Shown here: one piece after another, positions 54,190 to 64,000 of the stretch
Layout of the letters: the number at the start of each line of letters is the position of its first letter
How positions within the stretch are numbered: position 1 is the first letter of the stretch
DNA from: an uncultured Pseudomonadota bacterium
GTDB taxonomy: Bacteria > Myxococcota_A > Polyangia > Fen-1088
Assembly (NCBI GenBank): GCA_963847705.1
Contig: CAWKBC010000027.1
Location: forward strand, 879,288-943,287
Length of the DNA stretch: 64,000 bases
Direction: 5' to 3'
Program-made: the position numbers and the translations under genes
The notes under the pieces: model-generated
Seen by the model: the letters and a program-made list of their open reading frames with translations, nothing else
The model's database searches: none
Told to the model about the DNA's origin: nothing

Positions 54190-55314
54190 CTATTTGCTGC
54201 GGGCGTCGATGGCGTTGGTCAGCGCCGTCATCGAGGCGGTGAACGACTTCACGCCGTCGGCCAGGAGCCCCTGGCAGACCTGTTCGAGGCTGAGCCCCAG
54301 CGCGCCGAACTCGGCGACGGCCTTCCTGGCCCCCTCGAGATCGCTGCCCAGGCGCGATCCCGGATCGCCGTGGTCGATGAACGCGTCGAGCGTCGCCGGC
54401 GGGACGGTGTCGACCGTGTCGGGTCCCATGAGCGCGTCGACGTAATAGGTGTCGGGGTAGCTCGGATCCTTGGTCCCGGTCGAGGCCCAGAGCAGCCGCT
54501 GCGGGTTCGCGCCGGCGGCGGCCAGCGCCTTCCAGCGCGGCGAGGCGATCGTGCGCTGGTAGATGGCATAGGCGTTCTTGGCGTTGGCGATCCCGATCTT
54601 GCCGCGCAGCGCCTGGCAGCGCGCCGCCTCGGCCGGCGCAGCCGCGGCCTTCTCCTTGAGCAGCTTGTCGCAGGCCGAGTCGACGCGCGAGACGAAGAAG
54701 CTCGCCACCGAGGCCAGCCCGGCGAACGAACCGCCGGCCGCCTTGCGGTCCTCGAGCCCGGAGAGATAGGCGTCGACGACCTCCTCGTACTTGTCGAGGG
54801 CGAAGATCAACGTGATGTTGACGCTCACCCCTTGCGCCGTCAGCGCGCGGATGGCCGGGATCCCCTCCGGAGTCGCCGGCACCTTGATCATGATGTTGGG
54901 GCGTCCGATCAGCTTGGCCAGGCGGACCCCTTCGGAGATGGTCTTCTCGGTGTTGGTGGCCAGCTGGGGCAGCACCTCCAGCGAGACGCGCCCGTCCACG
55001 CCCTGGCTCTCCTCGTTGACCGACAGCAGGAGATCGCAAGCCCCGCGGAGATCCTCGATTACCAGCGCCTCGTAGATCTCCAGCGTCGACTTCTTCTCGG
55101 CGGTCAGCTGCTTCAGCGCCTCTTCGTAGTCGCTGGAGGCGACGATCGCCTTCTCGAAGATGGTCGGGTTCGAGGTCAGTCCCCGAACACCCTTTTCCAC
55201 CAGATCGCGGAGCGCGCCCGAGCGCAGAAGCCCCCGGCGCATGTTGTCGTACCAGATGCTCTGTCCCACTTCGTGGGCCTGATGCAGGGTCGTCTTCGAC
55301 TTTGGGCTGGCCAT
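54190..55314 (-). CDS. tal: Transaldolase (long, actinobacterial/cyanobacterial-type)
   Basis: GQSIWYD, TSNPTIF, VSLEV, IKVPAT, SVASFFVSRVD, RLLWASTG.K. Confidence 0.95.
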   Translation of the reverse strand: MASPKSKTTLHQAHEVGQSIWYDNMRRGLLRSGALRDLVEKGVRGLTSNPTIFEKAIVASSDYEEALKQLTAEKKSTLEIYEALVIEDLRGACDLLLSVNEESQGVDGRVSLEVLPQLATNTEKTISEGVRLAKLIGRPNIMIKVPATPEGIPAIRALTAQGVSVNITLIFALDKYEEVVDAYLSGLEDRKAAGGSFAGLASVASFFVSRVDSACDKLLKEKAAAAPAEAARCQALRGKIGIANAKNAYAIYQRTIASPRWKALAAAGANPQRLLWASTGTKDPSYPDTYYVDALMGPDTVDTVPPATLDAFIDHGDPGSRLGSDLEGARKAVAEFGALGLSLEQVCQGLLADGVKSFTASMTALTNAIDARSK

Positions 55315-55331
55315 GGCTCTGTCTCCTGTTG

Positions 55332-55847
55332 CTACTGTTGTTGCACGTCTGTTGCCGCAATCTGTGGCGGCAGGTCGGTGTGTTGCTCGGGGTGGAGGTC
55401 ATTCTCCTCCGTCTCCAGAGCGGCGATCTGCGCCACCCGGCGGGTGTGACGTCCGGCTTCGAACGGCGTCGCCAACCAGGTGTCGACGACAGCAATCGCC
55501 TCGGCCGCCGGCACCAGCCGCTCGCCCAGGCACAAGACGTTGGCGTCGTTGTGCGCGCGCGACTGCTTCGCCCCCTCGACGTTCCAGACGTCGACGGCGC
55601 GCACGCCCCGAACCTTGTTGGCGGCGATGCAGACGCCCAGGCCGGTTCCGCAGACGAGCAGCCCGAAGGCGCCTGCGTCGTCACGCACCGCGCGCGCGAC
55701 CGCGGCCGCGAAGGTCGGGTAGTCGCAGGAGGCGTCCGTCGCGGGTCCCAGATCCTCGACCAGGTACCCGCGCCCGCGGAGGTGGTCCACGAGCCTTCGG
55801 CGCAGGGTGAATCCCGCGTGATCGCTGCCAGCGTAAATCTTCTTCAC
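55332..55847 (-). CDS. rpiB: Ribose 5-phosphate isomerase B
   Basis: SDHAG, DYP, CGTGLG, ANKV.GVRA, HNDANVL, GRH.RRV. Confidence 0.95.
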   Translation of the reverse strand: MKKIYAGSDHAGFTLRRRLVDHLRGRGYLVEDLGPATDASCDYPTFAAAVARAVRDDAGAFGLLVCGTGLGVCIAANKVRGVRAVDVWNVEGAKQSRAHNDANVLCLGERLVPAAEAIAVVDTWLATPFEAGRHTRRVAQIAALETEENDLHPEQHTDLPPQIAATDVQQQ

Positions 55848-55857
55848 GACCTGACTC

Positions 55858-57144
55858 TCATACTGCAATCCGGCGCGGAGGGCGCACCAAAAACACCATC
55901 ACCGCGGCGAACGTCGCCGTCGCGCCCAGCGCCACCAAACCTGGCCCGTACCCCGTCGCTCCCGTCTTCATTCTTCCCATCAAGTATGGCCCGGCGAAGC
56001 CGCCCAGGCAGCCGACCGAGTTGATGAGCCCGACCGCCGCGGCGCCGGCCGAGCCCGACAGGAACCAGCGCGGCATCGCCCAGAACGGCGGCATGAAGCC
56101 GTAGATGCCGGCGCCGACCAGCGCCAAGCTCAGGAGGCGGACCGCCGGCGCGTGCGAGGCGACGCCGATGAAGAGGCCCGCCGCCGCCATCAGCATCGGG
56201 ACGATGGCGTGAAAGCGTCGCTCCCCGGTGCGATCGGAGGAGAGGCCCGTCACCGCGGTGCAGATTCCACCGGCGACATAGGGGAGGGTGGCCAGGAGCG
56301 AGACCGTGAAGTTCGGCAGGCCGGTCAGGCTCTTCACCACCGTCGGCATCCAGAGGCTGAAGCCATAGGACGTGGTGACGATCCCGAAGTAGGCCAGGAC
56401 CAGCAGCAGGATCTCCCGGCGCAAGACCGCGCGCGCCAGCGACCAGCCCCCGGGTCCGTGCGCCGGCGTGGCGCCGCTCTCGCGCGCCAGCGCCTCTTGC
56501 AGGTAGTCCTTCTCGGCCGCCGTCAGCCAGCGCGCGTCGCGCGGCCGGTCGGTCAGGAAGTAGAGGGTCACCACGCCCAGGACGATGGCGGGCAGGCCCT
56601 CCAGCAAGAACAGCCAGCGCCATCCGGCCCGCCCGGCCCAGTGCACGCCCAGCAGCAGCCCGGAGACCGGCGCGCCGATGATGTTGGAGATCGGCACCGC
56701 CAGCATGAAGAAGGCGAAGGCGCGCGCGCGATCCTCGACCCGGAACCAGTGCGACAGATAGACGACCACACCCGGGAAAAAACCGGCCTCGGCGGCGCCG
56801 AGCAGGAACCGCAACCAGAAAAATTGGCGCGGCGTCTCGATGAAGGCCATCGCGCAGGCCACCAGGCCCCAGCCCACCAGGATCCGGGCGATCCACTTGC
56901 GCGCGCTCCAGGCCTCCACCATCAGCGTCCCGGGGATCTCGAACAGGAAGTAGCCGAAGAAGAAGATCCCCGCGCCGAACCCGTACTGGCTGTCGGTGAG
57001 GCGCAGCTCGTGCCGCATCTCCAGCGCGGCGTAGCTGATGTTCACCCGGTCGAGGTAGGCGACGAAGTAGAGCAGGAGGAGGTAGGGAACGATTCGCACG
57101 AGAACGCGCGTGCGGACCCGCCTGCCTAGGTCGTCGTCGGCCAC
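55858..57144 (-). CDS. MFS transporter, anion:cation symporter family
   Basis: YLDRVNISYA, YFLFEIP, RFLLGAAEAGFFPG, GWRWLFLLEGLP. Confidence 0.92.
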   Translation of the reverse strand: MADDDLGRRVRTRVLVRIVPYLLLLYFVAYLDRVNISYAALEMRHELRLTDSQYGFGAGIFFFGYFLFEIPGTLMVEAWSARKWIARILVGWGLVACAMAFIETPRQFFWLRFLLGAAEAGFFPGVVVYLSHWFRVEDRARAFAFFMLAVPISNIIGAPVSGLLLGVHWAGRAGWRWLFLLEGLPAIVLGVVTLYFLTDRPRDARWLTAAEKDYLQEALARESGATPAHGPGGWSLARAVLRREILLLVLAYFGIVTTSYGFSLWMPTVVKSLTGLPNFTVSLLATLPYVAGGICTAVTGLSSDRTGERRFHAIVPMLMAAAGLFIGVASHAPAVRLLSLALVGAGIYGFMPPFWAMPRWFLSGSAGAAAVGLINSVGCLGGFAGPYLMGRMKTGATGYGPGLVALGATATFAAVMVFLVRPPRRIAV

Positions 57145-57186
57145 GATCGCGCGGGAGTATACATGCCGTGCTAGCGTCGGCGTCGC

Positions 57187-59364
57187 GTGCACGAGCCGAG
57201 CCTGCCGGGTCACTCCGTCTTCTTGCTGCTCGTCCAGCTGGCGCTCTTGGTCGGCATGGCGCGCGTGGGCGCCGAGCTCGCCAAGCGGATCGGGCTGCCG
57301 GCGGTGGTCGGCGAGATGACCGGCGGCATCGCCCTCGGCCCCAGCCTGCTCGGCCACTACGCGCCCGGGGCGTTTGCCGCGGTCTTCCCCGCGAGCGCCG
57401 AGCAGATGCATCTGCTGGACGCCTTCGGGATCGTGGGAATGAGCCTGCTCCTGTTGCTCACCGGACTCGAGACCGACCTCCGCCTGCTCCGGAATCTCGG
57501 ACGCGCCGCGCTCATCGCCTCGGTGATGGGGATGGCACTCCCGTTCGCGCTCGGCTTCGGTCTCGGCTACCTCATCCCGGCAGGGTACCTGACCGATCCC
57601 GGCCATCGGATCCTCTTCAGTCTCTTTCTCGCCACGACCATGTCGATCTCGGCGATGCCGGTGATCGCCAAGATCCTCATCGATCTGGACCTCACCAAGC
57701 GCAACATCGGCCTGGTCATCCTGTCGGCGGGGGTCGTCGACGACACGGTCGGCTGGCTGATCCTGTCGCTCATCGCCGGCGCCGCCACGCACGGCGTCGT
57801 GCACGCCGCCGATCTGGGGCTGACCATCCTGTGGCTCGCGTTCTTCATCGTGGTGGCGGCCTTCGTGCTGCTGCCGATCCTGCGGCTGGCCATCCGGGTG
57901 GCGTCCGAGCGCTTCAGGGCTGGGGATTCGGATCTGGTGCTGGTCATCGTGGTGACGTTCCTCTGCGCGGCGGTGACCGAACGGATCGGCGTCCACGCGG
58001 TGTTCGGAGCGTTCGTGGCGGGCGTGGTGCTCCACCAGGTGCCGCGGCTGAGCAAGGAGACCGTCGCCCGCCTCGAGTCGTTCACCTTCAGTGTGTTGGC
58101 GCCTGTCTTTTTCGGGATCGTCGGGCTCCACGTCAACCTCTGGGCGCTGGGAGGCGGGTGGATGCTCGCGCTGGTCATCATCGTGGCCTGCCTCGGAAAG
58201 CTGGTCGGCTGCGCGCTCGGCGCCTACTGGGGCGGCCTGCACTTCTGGGAAGCGGCCTCGATCGCCGTGGCCATGAACGCCCGCGGCGCCATGGGGATCG
58301 TGGTGGCGACGATAGGTCTCGCGCTGGGGATTCTCACGCAACAGATGTTCTCCATCATCGTCGTCATGGCGATCGTGACCTCCCTCCTGGCGCCAATCGG
58401 CCTGCGGCTCACGGTGCCGCGCGTCCGGATGACCGAAGAGGAAGCGCGCCGCATCCTGGCCTCCGAGTCGACCGGGGCTTTCAATCCGGTGCACGTCCGG
58501 CTGCTGCTGGCGACCGCGGGCGGCCCGAATGCGCTGGCCGCGGCGCCGCTGGCGTTCGGGCTGACCAGGAAGAGCAGCGCCGCGGTGAAGATCTTGCACG
58601 TCGAGGCGGAGCAGGCCTGGTGGCGGCATCTGTTTCGCTCGTTCGCTCGACGAGCGCCCGCCAGCGTCAACGACCACATCGAGAAGATGCGCAGCTTCGG
58701 CGGTGAGCGGGTCCCCGAGATCGCCAGGGTGCGCGGCGCCAAGATCGCCGACGCCATCTGCGAGGAGGCGCGCCGGGGGTGCGATCTCATCCTCATCGGC
58801 TCGGGCGAGAGCCCCTCGATCGGCGGGGCGGTGGTCGAGCAGGTGGTGAGCGGCGCCCCCTGCCACGTGGCGATCCTCAAGACGCCGTCCCCCGCCCAGC
58901 AGTACCGCCGCCTGCTGGTTCCCGTCGACGGGAGCATCGGCTCGCGGCTCGCCGTCGAGCTGGCGGTGCGCTACGCGGAGGCGACCGGGGCCGACCTGAC
59001 GCTGGCCGTGCTGACCGAGCGACGCCCGCAGGCGGCCGCCTACGCCGACCTGAGCGGCACGCACGTCCTGGCAGACGCGCCCGCCACCGGCGACGAGGAG
59101 CTGGCCCGGATCTCGGTGGTCTTCCGCGCCTCTGATGTGAAGCCCAGCATCGTTCACCTGACCTTCGACCCGCGCTCCAGCCCCGTCGCCGAGGCGGTGG
59201 AGAAAGGGAACTATGACCTGGTGGTGCTGGGGACCGAGAACCGCGCCGTGCAGCACCGGCTGTTCTTCGGCTACGAGAACGAACGCCTCATCCGCGCGAC
59301 CCGCGTCCCGGTTCTGGTCGTGGTCCCCAACCTGACCAGCCTGGCCCGCCAGGCCGATTCCTAG
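57187..59364 (+). CDS. Cation:proton antiporter (CPA2) with two C-terminal USP-like domains
   Basis: LPAVVGEM..GI.LGPS, GLETD, VVDDTVGW, MNARG; LLVPVDGS, YDLVVLG. Confidence 0.9.
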   Translation: MHEPSLPGHSVFLLLVQLALLVGMARVGAELAKRIGLPAVVGEMTGGIALGPSLLGHYAPGAFAAVFPASAEQMHLLDAFGIVGMSLLLLLTGLETDLRLLRNLGRAALIASVMGMALPFALGFGLGYLIPAGYLTDPGHRILFSLFLATTMSISAMPVIAKILIDLDLTKRNIGLVILSAGVVDDTVGWLILSLIAGAATHGVVHAADLGLTILWLAFFIVVAAFVLLPILRLAIRVASERFRAGDSDLVLVIVVTFLCAAVTERIGVHAVFGAFVAGVVLHQVPRLSKETVARLESFTFSVLAPVFFGIVGLHVNLWALGGGWMLALVIIVACLGKLVGCALGAYWGGLHFWEAASIAVAMNARGAMGIVVATIGLALGILTQQMFSIIVVMAIVTSLLAPIGLRLTVPRVRMTEEEARRILASESTGAFNPVHVRLLLATAGGPNALAAAPLAFGLTRKSSAAVKILHVEAEQAWWRHLFRSFARRAPASVNDHIEKMRSFGGERVPEIARVRGAKIADAICEEARRGCDLILIGSGESPSIGGAVVEQVVSGAPCHVAILKTPSPAQQYRRLLVPVDGSIGSRLAVELAVRYAEATGADLTLAVLTERRPQAAAYADLSGTHVLADAPATGDEELARISVVFRASDVKPSIVHLTFDPRSSPVAEAVEKGNYDLVVLGTENRAVQHRLFFGYENERLIRATRVPVLVVVPNLTSLARQADS

Positions 59365-59460
59365 CTGGCGGGCCGATTCCTGGCCGGCTGGCCGATTCCT
59401 GAAGCGGGAGGAGGCGCGCCAATTGACGCTCCTCCCGGCGAGCGCTACGGTCGGTCGCCC

Positions 59461-59961
59461 ATGCCTTCCGAGATCGCCCACATCGAGTTCAAGAGCGTCA
59501 ACTTCGCGCGCACCTCGGAGTTCTACGCGAAGCTGTTCGACTGGCAGATGGAGCAGAACGCTTCGGGAAGCTACATGAAGCTGGCCGGCGGTGAGGGGCC
59601 GAGCGCCGGCTGGTTCCGCGCCGATCTCGTCCAGTCGCCGGGGCCGGTCGCCTATCTTCCGGTCGACGACCTCGAGGCGAAGCTGGCCCAGGTGGAGGAG
59701 GCCGGCGGACGGATCCTGGTCCGGACCCTCCCGTTCGCCGGTGGCGGCGAGATCGGCCTCTTCGCCGATCCCGACGGCAACGTGCTGGGCCTCTGGCAGC
59801 GCAAAGGGGCGGGGGCGCCCTCGGGAGCACCGAAGTCGGCGCCCGCTGCCAAACCAGCCGAGCCGGCGCCCGCTGCCAAGCCAGCCGAGCCGGCGCCCGT
59901 CAAGCCGGCCAAGCCGGCGGCCAAACCGCCGGCCGCCAAGAAGCCCCCCAAGAAGAAATAG
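59461..59961 (+). CDS. VOC/glyoxalase family protein with a Pro/Ala/Lys tail
   Basis: HIEF, FY.KLFDW, VDDLEA.LA.V..AGG, FADPDGNVLGLWQ. Confidence 0.88.
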   Translation: MPSEIAHIEFKSVNFARTSEFYAKLFDWQMEQNASGSYMKLAGGEGPSAGWFRADLVQSPGPVAYLPVDDLEAKLAQVEEAGGRILVRTLPFAGGGEIGLFADPDGNVLGLWQRKGAGAPSGAPKSAPAAKPAEPAPAAKPAEPAPVKPAKPAAKPPAAKKPPKKK

Positions 59962-59969
59962 AGGGAGGC

Positions 59970-61142
59970 TCAGAGCCAGCGGCGCAGGCCGTAGGCGATC
60001 CGTTCGATGAGGCGGACGATCCAGCCGCGGCGGGCGAAGACGGCGGCGGTCAGCTCTTCGCTGGCGGCCATGTCGGAGATCAGCATCGTGCCGACCTCGA
60101 CCGCGGTGGTGGGATCGACGACGTTGACCACCAGCTCGAGGTTGTAGGCGAGCGAGCGGTGGTCGAAGTTGTAGCTGCCGATCGAGTAGAACGCGTCGTC
60201 GACCATCACCGCCTTGGTGTGGGTGACGACCGGGCTGCGAAAGATCCGCGCGGTCGCCGCCAGCAGCTGCGGAAAGATGGCCCGGGTGGCGAAGTCCAGC
60301 AGGCGCGAGTCGCTGGCCAGCGGAACCAGCAGGCGCACGTCGACGCCGCGCCGGGCGGCGCTCTGCAGCGCCCGCAGGACGCCCTGATCGGGGACGAAGT
60401 AGGGGTTCGCCAGCAGGATTCGTTGCTGGCTCTGGCGGATGGCGTGCAACGCCGCCCGCCGGATGACGAAGCGGTCGCGCAGCTCGGAGTTGGAGACGAC
60501 CGCCAGCGCGACCGCGCCCGCCGATCGGGGAACCGCCAGCCGGTCGGGATCGAGCCGCATCCGCTTGGGCGCGCGCCGGTTCCAGGTCCGCAAGAAGGTC
60601 GCCTCGATCTGGACCGCGGCCGGCCCCTCCACGGCCACGGCCGCGTCGAGCCAGCCGCCGCCCCCCTCGACCTTGCTGACCCACTCGTTCGAGATGTTGA
60701 TCCCGCCCGTGAAGGCGAGGCCGCCGTCGCAGACCAGGGTCTTGCGGTGATTGCGGCGGATGAGCGACCAGAGGCGCGGGCGCCAAAAACGATACTTGTG
60801 GTAGCCGACCACATGCACCCCGAAGCCGCGCATCTTCTGGAAGAAGGTGGCGGGCGTCTCGCGGCAGCCGACGAAGTCGTAGAGCAGCCGCACCTCGACC
60901 CCGCGCTGCGCGGCCCGGGCCAGCGCCTCGGAGAACTGCCGGCCGATGCCGTCGTCGCTGAAGATATACATCTCCAGCGAGACGCGCCGCTTGGCGTTGT
61001 CGATGGCCGAGATCCAGGCGGGGAAGGCCTCGGCTCCGTTGCGCAACAACTTGACGGAATTCCCCGCCACCAGCACACGCGGATCTTCCACGTAGCGGGT
61101 GAGGGCCTGGAGCGATGGCGACGGATCAGGGGAGGCTGTCAT
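59970..61142 (-). CDS. clsB: Cardiolipin synthase ClsB-like phospholipase D
   Basis: Two HKD motifs ([18 protein letters not shown]), GGINI, NPYFVP, GSYNFD. Confidence 0.85.
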   Translation of the reverse strand: MTASPDPSPSLQALTRYVEDPRVLVAGNSVKLLRNGAEAFPAWISAIDNAKRRVSLEMYIFSDDGIGRQFSEALARAAQRGVEVRLLYDFVGCRETPATFFQKMRGFGVHVVGYHKYRFWRPRLWSLIRRNHRKTLVCDGGLAFTGGINISNEWVSKVEGGGGWLDAAVAVEGPAAVQIEATFLRTWNRRAPKRMRLDPDRLAVPRSAGAVALAVVSNSELRDRFVIRRAALHAIRQSQQRILLANPYFVPDQGVLRALQSAARRGVDVRLLVPLASDSRLLDFATRAIFPQLLAATARIFRSPVVTHTKAVMVDDAFYSIGSYNFDHRSLAYNLELVVNVVDPTTAVEVGTMLISDMAASEELTAAVFARRGWIVRLIERIAYGLRRWL

Positions 61143-61180
61143 TGACCGGGCCCTTCGGAGCGATTAAGGTCTCGCCGCCA

Positions 61181-61396
61181 ATGGGTCGTGAAGAGCATAT
61201 CGAATTTCAGGGGCGCGTCATCGAGGTGTTGCCTGCTGGAAATTTTCGTATCGAGCTCGAAAACGGCCATCAGGTTTTGGCGCATCTCGGCGGCAAGCTG
61301 CGGAAGCACCGCATTCGCGTCGTCCTCGGCGACAAGGTCACGGTGGCGCTCACGCCCTACGACCCGACGCGCGGGATCGTCGTTTACCGCGGCTAG
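61181..61396 (+). CDS. infA: Translation initiation factor IF-1
   Basis: [35 protein letters not shown]. Confidence 0.96.
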   Translation: MGREEHIEFQGRVIEVLPAGNFRIELENGHQVLAHLGGKLRKHRIRVVLGDKVTVALTPYDPTRGIVVYRG

Positions 61397-61411
61397 AGCG
61401 TCGCGCCGCCC

Positions 61412-62144
61412 GTGACCTCCCGGCGGCAACTCCCGGGACGAGACGCGCTCGAGCGCGTGCGCGCGCTGCTCGTCGAGGTGGCCGCCATCGATTCGGATGG
61501 CCCGCTCGCCCGGGGCCTCGGCCGCTTCGGTTCCTGGCGCTCGCTCGCGGCGGTCGTGGGGACGGACTGGCTTCCGTTGCCGCGGCGGGCATCGGCCGGT
61601 ACGGCTCGGATCATTCGGCAGCGTCTTCGCGTTCTCGGGGCCGACCCCCCAACCGGCGGAGCGTCAACCGCAGGAGCGCCAATCGCAGGAGCGCCAATCG
61701 CAGGAGCGCCAACCGGAGGAACGCCAACCGGAGGAACGCCAACCGGAGGAACGACGACGGTCGAGCTCCCCGACGGAGAGGGGCCTGTTCAGCTTCGGGG
61801 AACCTGCGCGCGGCTGCCGGACGGCCCGAGCGGCGAGCTGTGGCGCGCCTCGGTCGTCGAGGATGACGCGGGGCTGTGGGCGGTCGACGAGGGGAACGAC
61901 TTCGTGCTGCGTGGCGAGGGCGGGAAGGCCACGCTCGTGCTGGCGGAAGGGGGGCGGTTGGTGAACGCCGACCGGCTCAGCGAGGGGGACGAGGTCGCGG
62001 TGTTTGGTCTGCCGGGCGAGGCGCCCGATCGCCTCGGAATCGCCGGCGCGGCGTACGGCCGCGGCGGTCTTTGCACCGCGCTTCGCTCCGGTCCCAGGCA
62101 CCCGTTGCTCGTCAGTGTGATCAGGCGCTACGATCAGGGGAACG

Positions 62145-62161
<17 letters not shown>
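61412..62161 (+). CDS. Hypothetical protein with an internal pentapeptide repeat
   Basis: Open frame between infA and kamA, overlapping the kamA start. Confidence 0.55.
61650..61754 (+). repeat. 7 x 15-bp coding tandem repeat
   Basis: caa[c/t]cg[g/c]agga[a/g]cgc-type units encoding PTGGT/PIAGA. Confidence 0.85.
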
Positions 62162-63550
<1,389 letters not shown>

Positions 63551-63551
<1 letters not shown>

Positions 63552-63622
63552 TCGCGTCGGGGGAGGGCGACCTTTGCTCGCCTGAGCCCATCGCGAGGGG
63601 AGCGGGACCCTTCGAGGGTCCC
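63551..63622 (+). repeat. Two-hairpin element overlapping the kamA stop
   Basis: ATCGCG...GGGCGA..TTT..TCGCCT-GA-GCCC-AT-CGCG-AGGGGA-GCGGGACCCT-TCG-AGGGTCCC. Confidence 0.85.
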
Positions 63623-63630
63623 CAGCACCA

Positions 63631-64000
63631 ATGAGCGACGGCTGTACGAACTGTGGGAACAAGGGCGGGTGCGACTCCCGCAAGCACGAGATGTTCGGCG
63701 AGATCGACGAGGCCCTGGCGCGCCTCTACCCGACGCGACGCTGGGACGAGCGCGACGACGCCGCCGGGTTCGGCGCCGGCCTGGGGGCGGGGGAGGGGGA
63801 CGCGCTGGCGGCGGCCGCCGCGGCACGGCTCCACGCCGCGACGCTCTACCGTCCCGGTGGGCCCGAGGAGACCTGCGATTACGTCTATATCCTCTGCGTG
63901 GGCCGCACCCCCTCGCTCATCGAGCTGCGCGAATCTGCGCTGGACGCCGAGGCCAGCGAGGCCCTTCGGGCCGCCATCGCCGAAGGACCGGTGGCCGAAG
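63631..64000 (+). CDS. Hypothetical protein (truncated) with N-terminal CxxC-x5-C motif
   Basis: Manual translation MSDGCTNCGNKGGCDSRKHEMF...; open to the window end. Confidence 0.65.
   Translation, partial: MSDGCTNCGNKGGCDSRKHEMFGEIDEALARLYPTRRWDERDDAAGFGAGLGAGEGDALAAAAAARLHAATLYRPGGPEETCDYVYILCVGRTPSLIELRESALDAEASEALRAAIAEGPVAE

Noticed and set aside
52580-55684. 1034-aa Zwf fusion
   Set aside because: The upstream part is an off-frame reading through rpiB and tal.
55858-60786. 1642-aa ORF and other long antisense ORFs (14147-16258, 24060-26711, 29148-31277, 32670-35174)
   Set aside because: These are shadow frames caused by high-GC codon bias opposite well-supported genes; only 55858-57144 (MFS) is real.

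Overview
High-GC bacterial chromosome window, very likely Myxococcota (a MYXO-CTERM protein, two TIGR02266/PilZ-like proteins, DUF507, a Ser/Thr kinase and a sigma54 activator; taxonomy is inference). It is mostly housekeeping: era-der, yfgM-bamB, queA-tgt, tRNA-Met, efp-epmA, yajC-secDF, recJ, rimP-nusA-ylxR-infB-ylxP-rbfA-truB-rpsO-pnp-dut, argC-argJ/B-argR, purB-purC, a pentose-phosphate cluster split by tyrS, clsB, infA and a KamA-family gene. The strongest unexplained signal is a dispersed ~70-80 bp two-hairpin element (ATCGCG-hairpin with GA/GA internal loop-CGCG, G-run, GG[A/G]ACCCT-N2-4-AGGGT[T/C]CC). I count about 16 copies in 64 kb by eye. They include two 3x tandem arrays, copies on both sides of the tRNA, many copies just after stop codons, and copies translated in frame as the N-termini of BamB and OpcA. 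Other notable items are an ArgJ-ArgB fusion, an Agd3-like deacetylase with both a lipobox and MYXO-CTERM, a kinase with a degenerate cyclase-like tail, and a probable CTG start for truB. Four single-base +1 frameshifts (tgt, infB, a PilZ gene, zwf) look like sequencing errors. All family calls come from motif recognition by eye; no database searches were run.
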